A program made the position numbers and the translations under genes. Source: a bacterium (GTDB lineage Bacteria; Bacillota; Clostridia; Lachnospirales; Lachnospiraceae). From it: a stretch of DNA of 64,000 nucleotides. Location of the stretch: assembly GCA_037301995.1 (NCBI GenBank), contig JAXVOW010000302.1, positions 8 through 64,007 on the forward strand, read 5' to 3'. Below, in pieces: positions 1 through 10,063 of the stretch. Under the pieces are notes generated by a model. That model made no database searches. It saw only the letters and a list, made by a program, of their open reading frames with translations, and had not been told where the DNA came from. Each line of letters begins with the position of its first letter. The first letter of the stretch is position 1.

Positions 1-2422
1 CCATTCCCACCAGTCTCACAACAAACGCCATCACCCAGGCAAGCACGCACTGTTCCACCACAATTGCCACTGCCCATTTACCTCCAAGCTCCCTCTTAAT
101 AGAAGATACGGCAGCAACACACGGCGTATACAGCAGACAAAATACCAAAAGGGAAGCCGCAGCCAACGGTGTCAGACATGCCAAAAGATTTTCTGTTGTT
201 CCAAACAGGACAGACAACGTAGAGACTACGCTTTCCTTTGCCATAAAGCCTGCAATCAGAGACGTAGAAATCCTCCAATCACCAAATCCCAGCGGTGCAA
301 ATACCGGCGCAATCAGTCCCGCTGCCACCGCCAGAATACTGTCCTGGGAATCCGTTACCATATTTAAATGTAAATCAAAGGTCTGTAAAAACCATATTAC
401 AATAGTGGCAATAAAAATCACCGTAAACGCCCTCTGCAAAAAATCCTTTGCCTTATCCCACAAAAGCTGTGCCACATTTTTTGCCCCAGGCAGACGGTAA
501 TTGGGAAGCTCCATAACAAAAGGAACCGCTTCCCCCTTAAACATAGTCGCCCTGGAAACCAGTGCCACTAAAATTCCCACTACAATTCCGGTAAAATACA
601 GTCCTACCATAATCAACCCGCTATACTTTGGGAAAAAAGCAGCGGTAAAAAATCCATAGATTGGAAGCTTTGCCGTACAGCTCATAAACGGTGTTAAAAT
701 AATCGTCATCTTGCGGTCTCGTTCCGACGGCAGGGTACGGCTTGCCATAACTCCGGGCACCGTACAACCAAATCCAATCAGCATAGGTACGATACTCCGC
801 CCTGAAAGTCCAATCTTACGGAGCAGCTTATCCATAACAAAAGCAACTCTTGCCATATACCCGCTGTCCTCTAACAGGGACAGAAAAAAGAACAAGGTTA
901 CGATAATCGGAAGAAAGCTTAACACACTTCCCACACCATTAAAAATTCCGTCAATTATCAGTGAATGCAATACCTCATTGACATGCCACGCTGTAAGCGC
1001 CCTGTCCGTAACACCGCCAAGCCAGTCGATACCGGATTCCAGCAGTCCCTGAAGCCATGCACCAATGACATTAAATGTCAGGAAAAACACCAGTGCCATA
1101 ATAACGGCAAATGCCGGAATTGCAGTATATTTTCCTGTCAGCACTTTATCAATTTTACGGCTTCTCTCATGCTCTTTCGTCTCCCGCGGTTTCACCACAG
1201 TTTCTTCTACAAGCTTTTTTATAAATACAAACCGCATATCCGCAATGGCTGCCGCCCGGTCAAGTCCTCTCTCCTCTTCCATCTGGCATATGATATGCTC
1301 TATCATTTCCTGTTCATTCTGGCTAAGCTTTAATGCCTCTAATACCAGCGGGTCACCCTCCACCAGCTTGCTTGCAGCAAACCGCACAGGGATTCCAGCT
1401 GCCACCGCATGGTCTTCAATCAGATGAATAATACCGTGCAGACAACGGTGTACCGCTCCACCATTGTCATCCTTATCGCAAAAATCTATCCGTCCCGGCC
1501 GTTCCTGATACTGTGCCACATGCAGAGCATGGCTTACCAGCTCATCTATACCTTCGTTTTTTGCTGCAGAAATGGGAACCACCGGAATCCCCAGCATTTC
1601 CTCCAGCTCATTGATATATACCGAACCGCCATTTCCCCGCACCTCATCCATCATATTAAGCGCCAGCACCATTGGTACATCCAGCTCCATTAACTGCATG
1701 GTAAGGTATAAATTTCTCTCGATATTGGTTGCATCCGCAATATTAATAATTCCTGTGGGCTTTTCCTTTATAATAAACTCCCTTGTCACAATCTCTTCAC
1801 TGCTGTATGGAGACATGGAATAAATTCCCGGCAAATCCGTAACCAATGTGTTCTGGTTTCCCCGAATGGAACCACTCTTCTGCTCCACCGTCACGCCGGG
1901 AAAATTGCCTACATGCTGATTTGCCCCGGTTAACTGGTTAAACAGTGTAGTCTTTCCACAATTCTGGTTACCTGCCAAAGCAAAGGTCAGCTTTGTTCCC
2001 TTGGGCAGCGGATTCTCATCTGCCTTCACATGATATTTTCCACCCTCGCCAAGACCCGGATGCTCTTGGCGATGAGCCCGCTTTTCTTTACCATTTATTC
2101 TGTTTTTTCCGTTCCGCTTTCTATTATCTGTCTGGGAAACAGTCTCTTTTCCCTCTGCTGTCCCCTCTAAATCTCCTGCCTCGCTACTTCCGGAAGCCTT
2201 CACCGGTTCCACCTCTATCCTGGCTGCGTCTGCCAGACGAAGGGTCAGCTCATATCCATGTATGCGCAATTCCATGGGGTCTCCCATAGGCGCGTATTTC
2301 ACAAGGGTAACCTCTGCCCCCGGTATGACACCCATGTCCAGAAAATGCTGCCTTAAGGAGCCCTCTCCTCCAACAACCGTCACCACCGCAGTGTTTCCCA
2401 ATTCCAGTTCCTTTAATGTCAT
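1..2422 (-). CDS. feoB: FeoA-FeoB fusion ferrous iron transporter; C-terminus runs off the left edge, so it is absent from the ORF track
   Basis: Manual reverse translation from the ATG at 2422-2420 gives MTLKELELGNTAVVTVVGGEGSLRQHFLDMGVIPGAEVTLVKYAPMG (FeoA-like). A FeoB G1 P-loop follows: LAGNQNCGKTTLFNQLTGANQHVGNFPGVTVEQK (about 1990-1880). The frame is still open at nt 1 (..VEQCVLAWVMAFVVRLVGM). Confidence 0.85.
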   Translation of the reverse strand, partial: MTLKELELGNTAVVTVVGGEGSLRQHFLDMGVIPGAEVTLVKYAPMGDPMELRIHGYELTLRLADAARIEVEPVKASGSSEAGDLEGTAEGKETVSQTDNRKRNGKNRINGKEKRAHRQEHPGLGEGGKYHVKADENPLPKGTKLTFALAGNQNCGKTTLFNQLTGANQHVGNFPGVTVEQKSGSIRGNQNTLVTDLPGIYSMSPYSSEEIVTREFIIKEKPTGIINIADATNIERNLYLTMQLMELDVPMVLALNMMDEVRGNGGSVYINELEEMLGIPVVPISAAKNEGIDELVSHALHVAQYQERPGRIDFCDKDDNGGAVHRCLHGIIHLIEDHAVAAGIPVRFAASKLVEGDPLVLEALKLSQNEQEMIEHIICQMEEERGLDRAAAIADMRFVFIKKLVEETVVKPRETKEHERSRKIDKVLTGKYTAIPAFAVIMALVFFLTFNVIGAWLQGLLESGIDWLGGVTDRALTAWHVNEVLHSLIIDGIFNGVGSVLSFLPIIVTLFFFLSLLEDSGYMARVAFVMDKLLRKIGLSGRSIVPMLIGFGCTVPGVMASRTLPSERDRKMTIILTPFMSCTAKLPIYGFFTAAFFPKYSGLIMVGLYFTGIVVGILVALVSRATMFKGEAVPFVMELPNYRLPGAKNVAQLLWDKAKDFLQRAFTVIFIATIVIWFLQTFDLHLNMVTDSQDSILAVAAGLIAPVFAPLGFGDWRISTSLIAGFMAKESVVSTLSVLFGTTENLLACLTPLAAASLLVFCLLYTPCVAAVSSIKRELGGKWAVAIVVEQCVLAWVMAFVVRLVGM

Positions 2423-2502
2423 AATGCCACAGTCCTCTCAATTTATCTTCTGTAAGCCCCATGTAAATACTGTTCACTGACATGCTCTTACACATTGCTT
2501 AT

Positions 2503-2517
2503 TGATATTTTTTATCA
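2503..2517. promoter_or_regulatory. Fur-box-like 7-1-7 inverted repeat upstream of feoAB
   Basis: tgatatt-t-tttatca matches TGATAAT-n-ATTATCA at 12/14 positions and lies 81 nt upstream of the feoAB start. Confidence 0.35.
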
Positions 2518-2593
2518 TTAGCATAATAGCATATTTTCTGTAAATGGAAAACCCTGTTCTGCCTTCTCAGGCATATATAAAAACAGCTGTTGT

Positions 2594-3940
2594 TTAAGCT
2601 GTAATTCTCATTTCCAGCCATTTCCCCTGCTTATACCGGATAAATCCCGCAATTCCTGTAATGGTCCAGGTAAGCCCCGTGGCAAGCCACACTGCCCAGA
2701 TACCAATGGGGAAAAATTTGACAAGAATAAATGAAAATCCAATCCGTCCACACACCTCTATTGCACCATTTATCATTGCATAAAATGTATCATTTGCCCC
2801 GTTTAAAAGTCCTCTGGTAATATAGATTAACCCGAGAGGGAAAAACATCAGACTTGTAATTTTAAGCCCGGTTGTACCGATTGCTATAACCTCCACTTCC
2901 TTCACAAAGCAGCCCACAACCAAATTTCCACCACAATAGCAGACAAACAGCATAATCAGACTTATAACCGCGGTAATCCATGCACTCTGTTTTAAGGCAG
3001 TCCGCACCCGGTCACTTTTTCCCGCCCCCATGTTCTGTCCCGTAAAGTTGGCGATTGCCATGCCAAGGGAATTGAACGGCTGCTGTACAAGCTGTTCCAC
3101 TCTGGTCGTCACCGTAAAGGCACTGACTACCGCCTCGTCAAAGCCGTTAACAAACCTTTGCAATACAACACAGGAAACCGCAATCAGCATACTTTGTACT
3201 GCCAATGGCATTCCCACCTTAAAACAGAGCAGGCAGATTTTGTAACTGATTTTCAAATGTTCCTTTTTCAGCCGGAAATACGGATTTTTCGCCGCACCGT
3301 AGAGAAGACTGCCAACTGCGGAAATGCTTTGTGCCACAATAGTGGCATACGCCGCTCCCTTTACTCCCATTTCCATTGTTACCACAAACAAAAAATCCAG
3401 GGCAACGTTTATAATTGTCGCCACAATCAGAAAAATCAGCGGCGTTTTGGAATCCCCCAATGCCCGCATTACCTGGGCGGCGTAATTATATACCGCCACC
3501 GCAATTGTGCCGGCACAGATAATCTGCATATAGTCCACTGCATCCTGCAGCTGGCTCTTGGGCGTTTCCAGCAATTCAAGTACCGGTCTTGTGAGCAAAA
3601 AGCCCAAAACACTTAACAGAATACCTGAAAGTACCACAATATAAAATGAATTGGCAATGGTTTTCTTTACCTCTTCCTTATTCCCTGCACCAAAATGCTG
3701 TGCCACAATAATTCCTGCGCCGGATGCCAGCCCATTACAAAATGAAAAAAACAAAAAGGTCAGGGAACCGGTACATCCAATTGCCCCCAGCGCATTTGCC
3801 CCCTCATGCTGACCGACAATAGCACTATCCGCAACATTATACAATTGCTGGAACAAGTTCCCCAAAAGCATTGGAAGCATAAATTTTAGTAATAACGGTG
3901 TCACCTTTCCCTGCGTCATGTCTTTAACGAGCTGTGCCAT
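2594..3940 (-). CDS. MATE family efflux transporter
   Basis: ORF 2594..3976 is a polytopic membrane protein with a MATE-like N-terminus (GKVTPLLLKFMLPMLLGNLFQQLYNVADSAIVG). The start was moved to the ATG at 3940 (MAQLV), which has the RBS ggaaaggaagg 9 nt upstream. Confidence 0.85.
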   Translation of the reverse strand: MAQLVKDMTQGKVTPLLLKFMLPMLLGNLFQQLYNVADSAIVGQHEGANALGAIGCTGSLTFLFFSFCNGLASGAGIIVAQHFGAGNKEEVKKTIANSFYIVVLSGILLSVLGFLLTRPVLELLETPKSQLQDAVDYMQIICAGTIAVAVYNYAAQVMRALGDSKTPLIFLIVATIINVALDFLFVVTMEMGVKGAAYATIVAQSISAVGSLLYGAAKNPYFRLKKEHLKISYKICLLCFKVGMPLAVQSMLIAVSCVVLQRFVNGFDEAVVSAFTVTTRVEQLVQQPFNSLGMAIANFTGQNMGAGKSDRVRTALKQSAWITAVISLIMLFVCYCGGNLVVGCFVKEVEVIAIGTTGLKITSLMFFPLGLIYITRGLLNGANDTFYAMINGAIEVCGRIGFSFILVKFFPIGIWAVWLATGLTWTITGIAGFIRYKQGKWLEMRITA

Positions 3941-4050
3941 AATGATATGCCTTCCTTTCCCACAATGATTTTTCATTTAAGCATTTCTCTAATATATATG
4001 CTATAATATTCCTATCAAAAAATTGTAAAAATCTATTCAGGAGAACAAAC

Positions 4051-4926
4051 ATGCACACATTATTTGAAGCGGCTGATACACTCAATATGCCATTTGAATG
4101 TTTTATTTTTGATACAGAAACAAACGCATTTCCCATCAGACCTCATTGGCACTATTTTGTAGAAATGATTTATATTTTAGAAGGAACAGCAGAAATGTAC
4201 GATGGAGCAGACAAATATACCGTTCCAAAGGATGCTATGATTCTTTTTCACCCAAAGGCCATCCACTCCATTTTCTCTGCCAACGGTGAACCTGTAAAAT
4301 ATGCTGTTTTGAAATTTGATGTCAACCGCCTAAGCGCCACGCCGTCTTATTCACCAAAGCTAAACAGCATCTTAAAAAATGCAAGGGAAAAAAACATGCC
4401 CGTATGCTTTGACGCAAAAGTATGCGGACACATGGAATGCAAAGATTTATTTTTAAAATGCATTGAGGAGTTAAACCAAAAAAATTACGGATATGATTTA
4501 TTAATCCAGACCTATCTGTACAATCTCATTATGAAAATCATCCGGCAATGGCAATACTCCGGCTTTTCAATAGAAAATAACCTGTTCCATCAAAATGCAC
4601 CCTATGATATCGACAGTATTACCGAATACATTGACCTTCATATCAAAGACTGCCTTCAGGTAAATGAGCTTGCCCAGAAATGTGGGATGAGCTATTCCTG
4701 CTTTGCGAAAAAATTTAAGTCCATCTACGGAATAAGCTGTAAGACATATATTGAGCGGTTTCGGATTTTTAAGGTAGAGGACTTCCTGCTTTTCACCGAT
4801 TTTGACTTGAATTATATCAGTCAGGAAACCGGCTTCTCGGACTGCAGTCATATGATTAAGAATTTTAAGAAATACCGCGATGTCACACCAAAGCAGTTCC
4901 GGTTGAGAAATAATTCTGCGATGTGA
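4051..4926 (+). CDS. AraC family transcriptional regulator (cupin N-domain plus AraC HTH), divergent from the MATE gene
   Basis: N-terminal cupin-like HWHYFVEMIYILEGTAEMY. C-terminal AraC HTH: GMSYSCFAKKFKSIYGISCKTYIERFRI...ISQETGFSDCSHMIKNFKKYRDVTPKQFR. Confidence 0.88.
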   Translation: MHTLFEAADTLNMPFECFIFDTETNAFPIRPHWHYFVEMIYILEGTAEMYDGADKYTVPKDAMILFHPKAIHSIFSANGEPVKYAVLKFDVNRLSATPSYSPKLNSILKNAREKNMPVCFDAKVCGHMECKDLFLKCIEELNQKNYGYDLLIQTYLYNLIMKIIRQWQYSGFSIENNLFHQNAPYDIDSITEYIDLHIKDCLQVNELAQKCGMSYSCFAKKFKSIYGISCKTYIERFRIFKVEDFLLFTDFDLNYISQETGFSDCSHMIKNFKKYRDVTPKQFRLRNNSAM

Positions 4927-4982
4927 AGGTGACTGGGTTTTTACTGTGACAAAATAATGTCTGCGCCAGATTCATAGTTTTA

Positions 4983-5810
4983 CTAATTTTCATCAATGAA
5001 AAACATATAGTTATAGTAACCCAAATCCATCACCTCTCCATCTATCACATCGTGCTGTCTGGCGTATACATTGTCACCAATATTTATATATGCATCATTT
5101 TGACCCGAAACACACCAGCTGGATGTTTTAAACATATCCCTTTCCCCGATTCCCAAATAATCCTCTCCACCGACCTGCCCATACTGGACATGTAGATAGA
5201 GCGGTGTTCCATCCTCTTTTTTATATTTCATATCCAACTGGATATCAAACTCCTGATTATCATCATAATAGATTTTACTGTCATAAATTGCCTGCTCTAA
5301 TATAATATTACTGCAATCCACATTAGCCATCGAAGAGTCCTTTTTAACATTATCATACTTCTCCTTCGAGGTTATATATGCATCAACCTTTTGGGCAATC
5401 TTAGCTGCACATTCCTTCATTTCCTTTCTCTCCTGCGCACCTAAGCTCACATGAATTACTGTCTCTTCTGAAACAAATTCTGCGACCTCTCCATATCCGG
5501 AAATAATTACCCTGATATTTCCGGAGTTACTTCCAACAAAAAGCGATTGCTTGTCTTCGCTTACTTTAGCATCGTCGATTTCTGAATCAATTGCTAACTC
5601 TAATCTATAATCTCCCTTACATTCCACATCAACAATATCTGACAGTGCAAGTGTCTGTTCCGCTTCCACAATTCTTTGTCCCTTTACCGTAAGCCTGGGA
5701 ACCTTATCCAGATAGCCTTTTACTGAAATTCCACACAACACCAGCAGCCCCAGTAAAATGCCGCCTGCAATTATCACACTGATTAATAATTGTTTTATTC
5801 TTTTACTCAT
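4983..5810 (-). CDS. Hypothetical membrane-anchored/exported protein (third gene of ECF sigma triad 1)
   Basis: ORF 4983..5837. The likely start is MSKRIKQLLISVIIAGGILLGLLVLCG at 5810, preceded by gggggggataaa. It has a single N-terminal TM segment and no recognisable domain. Confidence 0.6.
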   Translation of the reverse strand: MSKRIKQLLISVIIAGGILLGLLVLCGISVKGYLDKVPRLTVKGQRIVEAEQTLALSDIVDVECKGDYRLELAIDSEIDDAKVSEDKQSLFVGSNSGNIRVIISGYGEVAEFVSEETVIHVSLGAQERKEMKECAAKIAQKVDAYITSKEKYDNVKKDSSMANVDCSNIILEQAIYDSKIYYDDNQEFDIQLDMKYKKEDGTPLYLHVQYGQVGGEDYLGIGERDMFKTSSWCVSGQNDAYINIGDNVYARQHDVIDGEVMDLGYYNYMFFIDEN

Positions 5811-5852
5811 TTTATCCCCCCCTATTAACCAATCCATATGTTTTCATTTTCA

Positions 5853-6680
5853 TCAATGTTTACCGAACTCCAGTGTATCCAGTATTTTATAAATTTCCTC
5901 ATCCTTCAGATTTTCAAAGCATATATATCCGTCATAGTCACCATATGCTATCATGACATATGTCCTTACCCTTTTCCCAGTACCATCCTCTGTAATCTCG
6001 TCCACCAGGGTAAAAACCTGACCGGATATAGATGTATAATCCCTTTTATTATTCGCGTTTGCAAGCTGGAGACTCCTGGTTAAATCCTCTGCAAGGTTTC
6101 CTGTCATAATTCCTTCACTTAGAAAAAAGCTTCCCCCGCCATATACAAAGCCTGCATTAATACAACGTTCTACAAAATCTTCTGTTTCTGTAACAGCATA
6201 AGTCACATCCTCCTCATTTTCATAGACCGTGTTAAACCAGTTATCAAGTCCGGAATCCTTTAGGGCAGTTTCATAATCCTTATATGCATAATATGTATTG
6301 GTTGCATATCCGTTTACAACCTCTACATCCTTAGAAATCCAATTCGCACTTTCGTTTCCTTCTTCATGCAAAACACTCTCCGTTGTAACAGGTTCCTCAG
6401 GTGCAGCTATCGCCTCATCATCTACATAATCCGGATTTCCAACCGAAATAGAATGCTCTGTGATAAATACTTTCCTAATAATACTGCTTGCAGCATATAC
6501 TACCACACTGCCCATACAAATGACGGCAATGAGTGCCACAGCCACTTTGGGCAGCCACCATAGCCTTCTGTTTCCCTGCTGGTGCTTTGCACATTCAAGT
6601 ATCTTTTCATTCATCTCCTTATCCGGATTATATTCAGCCGCAAAGGATTTTTCAATTAAAACGTCAATTTTATCTTTCAT
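5853..6680 (-). CDS. Putative anti-sigma factor (single-pass membrane protein)
   Basis: Overlaps the stop of the upstream sigma gene by 11 nt. It has a short cytoplasmic N-terminus, one TM segment (LWWLPKVAVALIAVICMGSVVVYAA) and an extracytoplasmic C-domain. Confidence 0.6.
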   Translation of the reverse strand: MKDKIDVLIEKSFAAEYNPDKEMNEKILECAKHQQGNRRLWWLPKVAVALIAVICMGSVVVYAASSIIRKVFITEHSISVGNPDYVDDEAIAAPEEPVTTESVLHEEGNESANWISKDVEVVNGYATNTYYAYKDYETALKDSGLDNWFNTVYENEEDVTYAVTETEDFVERCINAGFVYGGGSFFLSEGIMTGNLAEDLTRSLQLANANNKRDYTSISGQVFTLVDEITEDGTGKRVRTYVMIAYGDYDGYICFENLKDEEIYKILDTLEFGKH

Positions 6681-7188
6681 TCCTCATCAACCTCTCTTTG
6701 ACCTTGCTCTTTGCCTGATGCATTCTGCTTTTCACCGTTCCGGCAGGTATTTTTAATACATCTGAGATTTCACTTATTGCCATATTTTCTTTATAATACA
6801 ATAAGAGAACTATTCTCATTTTATCCGGAAGCATATCGATACACTCTCTTACCGTCTCGATTTCCTCCTGCCACAGCACCTGCTCCTCCACCGTCGGCAT
6901 AGCATCCGCAAGCTGCTCTAAATCATTATCCTGGAAATAGATAATATCTGCTTTTTTCTTTCTCCAGAGATATTTCCTCTTTTGATTATTCCACAGATTG
7001 ACCGCAATAGAAATAAAATAGGCTTTTGGATTTATTATCTCATCCACATGCGGCTTTTCACAAACAGTTAAAAAGGTCTGCTGATACAAATCATCTGCCT
7101 CATTTCTATTTCTTGTCAGATACACGCAAAAGGAATATATGTCCTTTCCGTAATCCGTTATGTATGCTTCCAGGATGTCTGACTTCAT
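6670..7188 (-). CDS. ECF-type RNA polymerase sigma-70 family factor
   Basis: 172 aa. Region 2 is like DDLYQQTFLTV. Region 4 HTH: LLLYYKENMAISEISDVLKIPAGTVKSRMHQAKSKVKE. Confidence 0.85.
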   Translation of the reverse strand: MKSDILEAYITDYGKDIYSFCVYLTRNRNEADDLYQQTFLTVCEKPHVDEIINPKAYFISIAVNLWNNQKRKYLWRKKKADIIYFQDNDLEQLADAMPTVEEQVLWQEEIETVRECIDMLPDKMRIVLLLYYKENMAISEISDVLKIPAGTVKSRMHQAKSKVKERLMRNER

Positions 7189-7350
7189 GCTTCTCCTCCG
7201 TAATTGACGTCAATACCAGGCTCTGATATAAGCCTTCACTTATACAGTTTCATAAGTTTAGAAAAGGTTCAACTTTTACTTTATCAATATTTCCCAACTT
7301 CTGAATATATTTAAATATCGGCAATGGCTTTATCTTTTCACATAACTAAT

Positions 7351-7386
7351 GGACATGTTGTATATTTTAAAATATACAACATGTCC
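7351..7386 (-). terminator. Perfect 36-nt palindrome downstream of the AraC-GyrI gene (possible terminator or binding site)
   Basis: ggacatgttgtatatttt/aaaatatacaacatgtcc are exact reverse complements. No clear U-tract follows on the minus strand. Confidence 0.35.
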
Positions 7387-7413
7387 ACCATCCTTGAAAC
7401 AAAAAGTTAATTT

Positions 7414-8307
7414 TTATTTTCTCTTTACCGGAAGCCATATTCCACTCTCATAATCTGACGCCGCCATATTTCCTTTGGAATACCACTCAATATTCACATA
7501 CATCGAAACGTCATAATCCGGATTTCCAGGCAGCCACTCCTTGAAAATCTGATTGTTAACCGCTTGCAGGGCTGTCGGCATGGAACCGACACACCGGAAC
7601 TTTGCCCAATCCATATCCGGAAACTCATATACACTCATCCCCTCCGGCACTTCTTCACCGTGATAGTTTCCTGCAATCATATAGCGGAACTTTCCCTTTT
7701 CCTTCAAATCATCAATACTGATGCCATATTCTGCGATGGAACATTTCAAAATCATTTCTTCCACTTCGTTCTCCGGTTCCTTTCCTCTCCACAGGATTGG
7801 TTCTAAATATTTCTCATAGTATTCATTCCAGAATTCCGGAATTTTCTGCCAGGCATCTTCTGTAGAAAATACCTTTTCAAAACCAATCACCTTAAAACCA
7901 TTCATTCTTTCAACCGTCACATCCATGTCATTTCCTCCTTTTATCTCTATCTTGATTTTCAGAGGCAGGAAGACCTTAATTTTAAGGGCATCCTTCTTAA
8001 TCTGTGCCGGAGACACGCCATGAAACCGGGTAAATGCCTTTGTAAAGCTTTCCGGTGTTTCATAACCATATTTATACGCCAGGTCAATGATTTTCTCCTG
8101 ACCCCCAATCACATCAAGTGCCGCCAAATACAGCCTGCGGTAACGAATATATTCGCCTACAGAATACCCCGTCATGATGCGGAATGCCTTTTGCAGATAA
8201 AATGACGAAATGTGCACGGATTCCGCCACATCATCTGCACTGATATCATCCAATAGATGTTCTTCCATATATGCAATTGCACTTCTCAGGCTTTCTGTCC
8301 ACTCCAT
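7414..8307 (-). CDS. AraC family regulator with GyrI-like effector-binding domain (Rob/MarA-like architecture)
   Basis: ORF 7414..8367. The start was moved to MEWTESLRSAIAYMEEHL (ATG at 8307, RBS aggaaggagga). HTH: ISSFYLQKAFRIMTGYSVGEYIRYRRL...YETPESFTKAFTRFHGVSPAQ. The C-terminal half is GyrI-like. Confidence 0.85.
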   Translation of the reverse strand: MEWTESLRSAIAYMEEHLLDDISADDVAESVHISSFYLQKAFRIMTGYSVGEYIRYRRLYLAALDVIGGQEKIIDLAYKYGYETPESFTKAFTRFHGVSPAQIKKDALKIKVFLPLKIKIEIKGGNDMDVTVERMNGFKVIGFEKVFSTEDAWQKIPEFWNEYYEKYLEPILWRGKEPENEVEEMILKCSIAEYGISIDDLKEKGKFRYMIAGNYHGEEVPEGMSVYEFPDMDWAKFRCVGSMPTALQAVNNQIFKEWLPGNPDYDVSMYVNIEWYSKGNMAASDYESGIWLPVKRK

Positions 8308-8393
8308 TCCGTTTCCTCCTTCCTCTTGACATGAGTGTAACGGATTTTCCATTTTTATTCCTGTCATTTTGTGGTTACATTTGTCCGGATTTT

Positions 8394-9257
8394 TTAAAAT
8401 AAAACTTTTTCAATTACACCATTCTCCATATCATCAATACTATAAATATGCTCCATGACCTCGAATGTCTCTCTCAAATTATTTCTCGCACTCTTCCAGC
8501 CATTTCCATCTGTAAACCATACAAAAGTAAAGCCATCTATAGTATCCGCCTCCTGTGAAAGCAGCTTGTAGCTTCTTGCAGTTTCATTGAGCTTTGAACC
8601 GCCACCACCATAGAAATTTGTTTCAATACCATAAATCATCTTATCCGTTTTGATTACAAAATCAAATCTCTTAGCAGCCTTGCCCTGATTAGAAAGTGCA
8701 GATAAATCAATATTCCACTTTTTCTCTATGTCCTTCAGGTACATTTCCTTAAAATAATTTACCTCCCTTTCAAACCCTGCTGCCACAATGTACTTTTCAA
8801 CCAAATCTTCCATCTGGTGGCCGCCACGATTCTTACGTCCATTAGAATCCAATCCGGTTTCGATTCCTAACGCATAATCCACTAGATTATTTACTAAGTG
8901 ATTTGCAATCATATCAAACAATCCGGTCTTACGCATAAATACCTTATACTGTTCCACACCGTAATTCATCTTCTTGAAATTATACAAGAACGCACCTTTC
9001 TCATCCTGCGCATAGATTTCATATCCTCTTACCGCAAGAAGCAACGGTATACATTGCAATGTTTCCGGATATTTCATCACTATTCTTTCAAAGTCTTCCT
9101 CAATACTTTTTGAACCGATTAAGGAATTCAATATATTCAATTCCACCTTAATTTCTTCTACATTTCTTACAACCTTTTCAAAATCAATATAGTAATCATA
9201 ACTTGATATACTGGGTCTGAACTTACTCAGCCATTCGTCAAAATTCCTATTCCTCAT
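8394..9257 (-). CDS. dpnB: Type II restriction endonuclease, DpnII/MboI family (GATC)
   Basis: Colinear similarity to my recollection of R.DpnII: RNFDEWL, ELNILNSLIGSK, LVNNLVDYALGIETGLDSNGRKNRGGH, KRFDFVIK, NFYGGGGSKLNETARSYK, NNLRETF. The likely start is MRNRNFDEWL at 9257, overlapping the upstream methylase stop by 11 nt. Confidence 0.88.
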   Translation of the reverse strand: MRNRNFDEWLSKFRPSISSYDYYIDFEKVVRNVEEIKVELNILNSLIGSKSIEEDFERIVMKYPETLQCIPLLLAVRGYEIYAQDEKGAFLYNFKKMNYGVEQYKVFMRKTGLFDMIANHLVNNLVDYALGIETGLDSNGRKNRGGHQMEDLVEKYIVAAGFEREVNYFKEMYLKDIEKKWNIDLSALSNQGKAAKRFDFVIKTDKMIYGIETNFYGGGGSKLNETARSYKLLSQEADTIDGFTFVWFTDGNGWKSARNNLRETFEVMEHIYSIDDMENGVIEKVLF

Positions 9258-10050
9258 TTGCTGCCTTCTCCAATCTTTTCCTGGATATCTCCAAGTATTC
9301 TTCACTTACGTCTATTCCGATAAACTTTCGTCCAAATCGCACAGCCTCTACTCCAGTAGTTCCCGAACCACAAAATGGATCCAATATAACCTGTCCTTCC
9401 TCCGTTGATGCCAATACAATTCTTTCCAGCAAATATTCCGGTTTTTGTGTTGGATGCTTTCCTTCCTTTTTTTCGGAAGGCTTGGTCAATGAACCTGTCC
9501 ACACATCCTTCATCTGCTTTCCACCATTCATTTCTTTCATTTTCTGATAATCAAAAAAATGCCGAGACTTCTTTTCATTCTTCTTTGCCCATAAAATGGT
9601 TTCCGTAGAATGTGTGAAGCATCGACATGCTAAGTTTGGTGGTGGATTTGTTTTCTGCCATGTAATGTTATTAATTATCTTGAAGCCTTCCTGCTCCAAT
9701 GCCATACCAATCGAATATATATTGTGTAATGTTCCCGATATCCAAATCGTGCCGTTCGGCTTTAGTACCTTCTTACATAACTTAATCCACTTTCTGTTAA
9801 ACTTGTGTTTGTCGACCACGCTGATTCCACTTTCTGAAAGCTTATCCCATGAGCCTTTATTTACTGAAACCATCTTTCCACCCTGGCAGGTAATGCCGTC
9901 ATTACTTAAAAAGTAAGGTGGGTCTGCAAATATCATATCTACAGATTCCGGTTCCATTTTTGTTAGAATTTTAAAGGAATCACCTAATATCAGCTGTGAT
10001 TCTTCTGTCTCGAAATATAATGGCACTCTTTTTGTAAATAAGTTCTCCAT
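9247..10050 (-). CDS. dpnA: N6-adenine DNA methyltransferase, DpnA (M2.DpnII)-like
   Basis: Motifs MIFADPPYFLSNDG (DPPY), NITWQKTNPPPNL, FTHSTETILWAKK and ILDPFCGSGTTG (SAM-binding) give a beta-class order, as in DpnA. Confidence 0.9.
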   Translation of the reverse strand: MENLFTKRVPLYFETEESQLILGDSFKILTKMEPESVDMIFADPPYFLSNDGITCQGGKMVSVNKGSWDKLSESGISVVDKHKFNRKWIKLCKKVLKPNGTIWISGTLHNIYSIGMALEQEGFKIINNITWQKTNPPPNLACRCFTHSTETILWAKKNEKKSRHFFDYQKMKEMNGGKQMKDVWTGSLTKPSEKKEGKHPTQKPEYLLERIVLASTEEGQVILDPFCGSGTTGVEAVRFGRKFIGIDVSEEYLEISRKRLEKAANEE

Positions 10051-10063
10051 TATCTCGACTCCT

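Noticed and set aside
711-2289. A chain of plus-strand ORFs (711..1052, 965..1333, 1065..1427, 1409..1693, 1572..1823, 1993..2289).
   Set aside because: They are antisense to a continuous minus-strand FeoAB reading frame with clear FeoA and G-protein motifs. Their products are low-complexity and they overlap each other in different frames.
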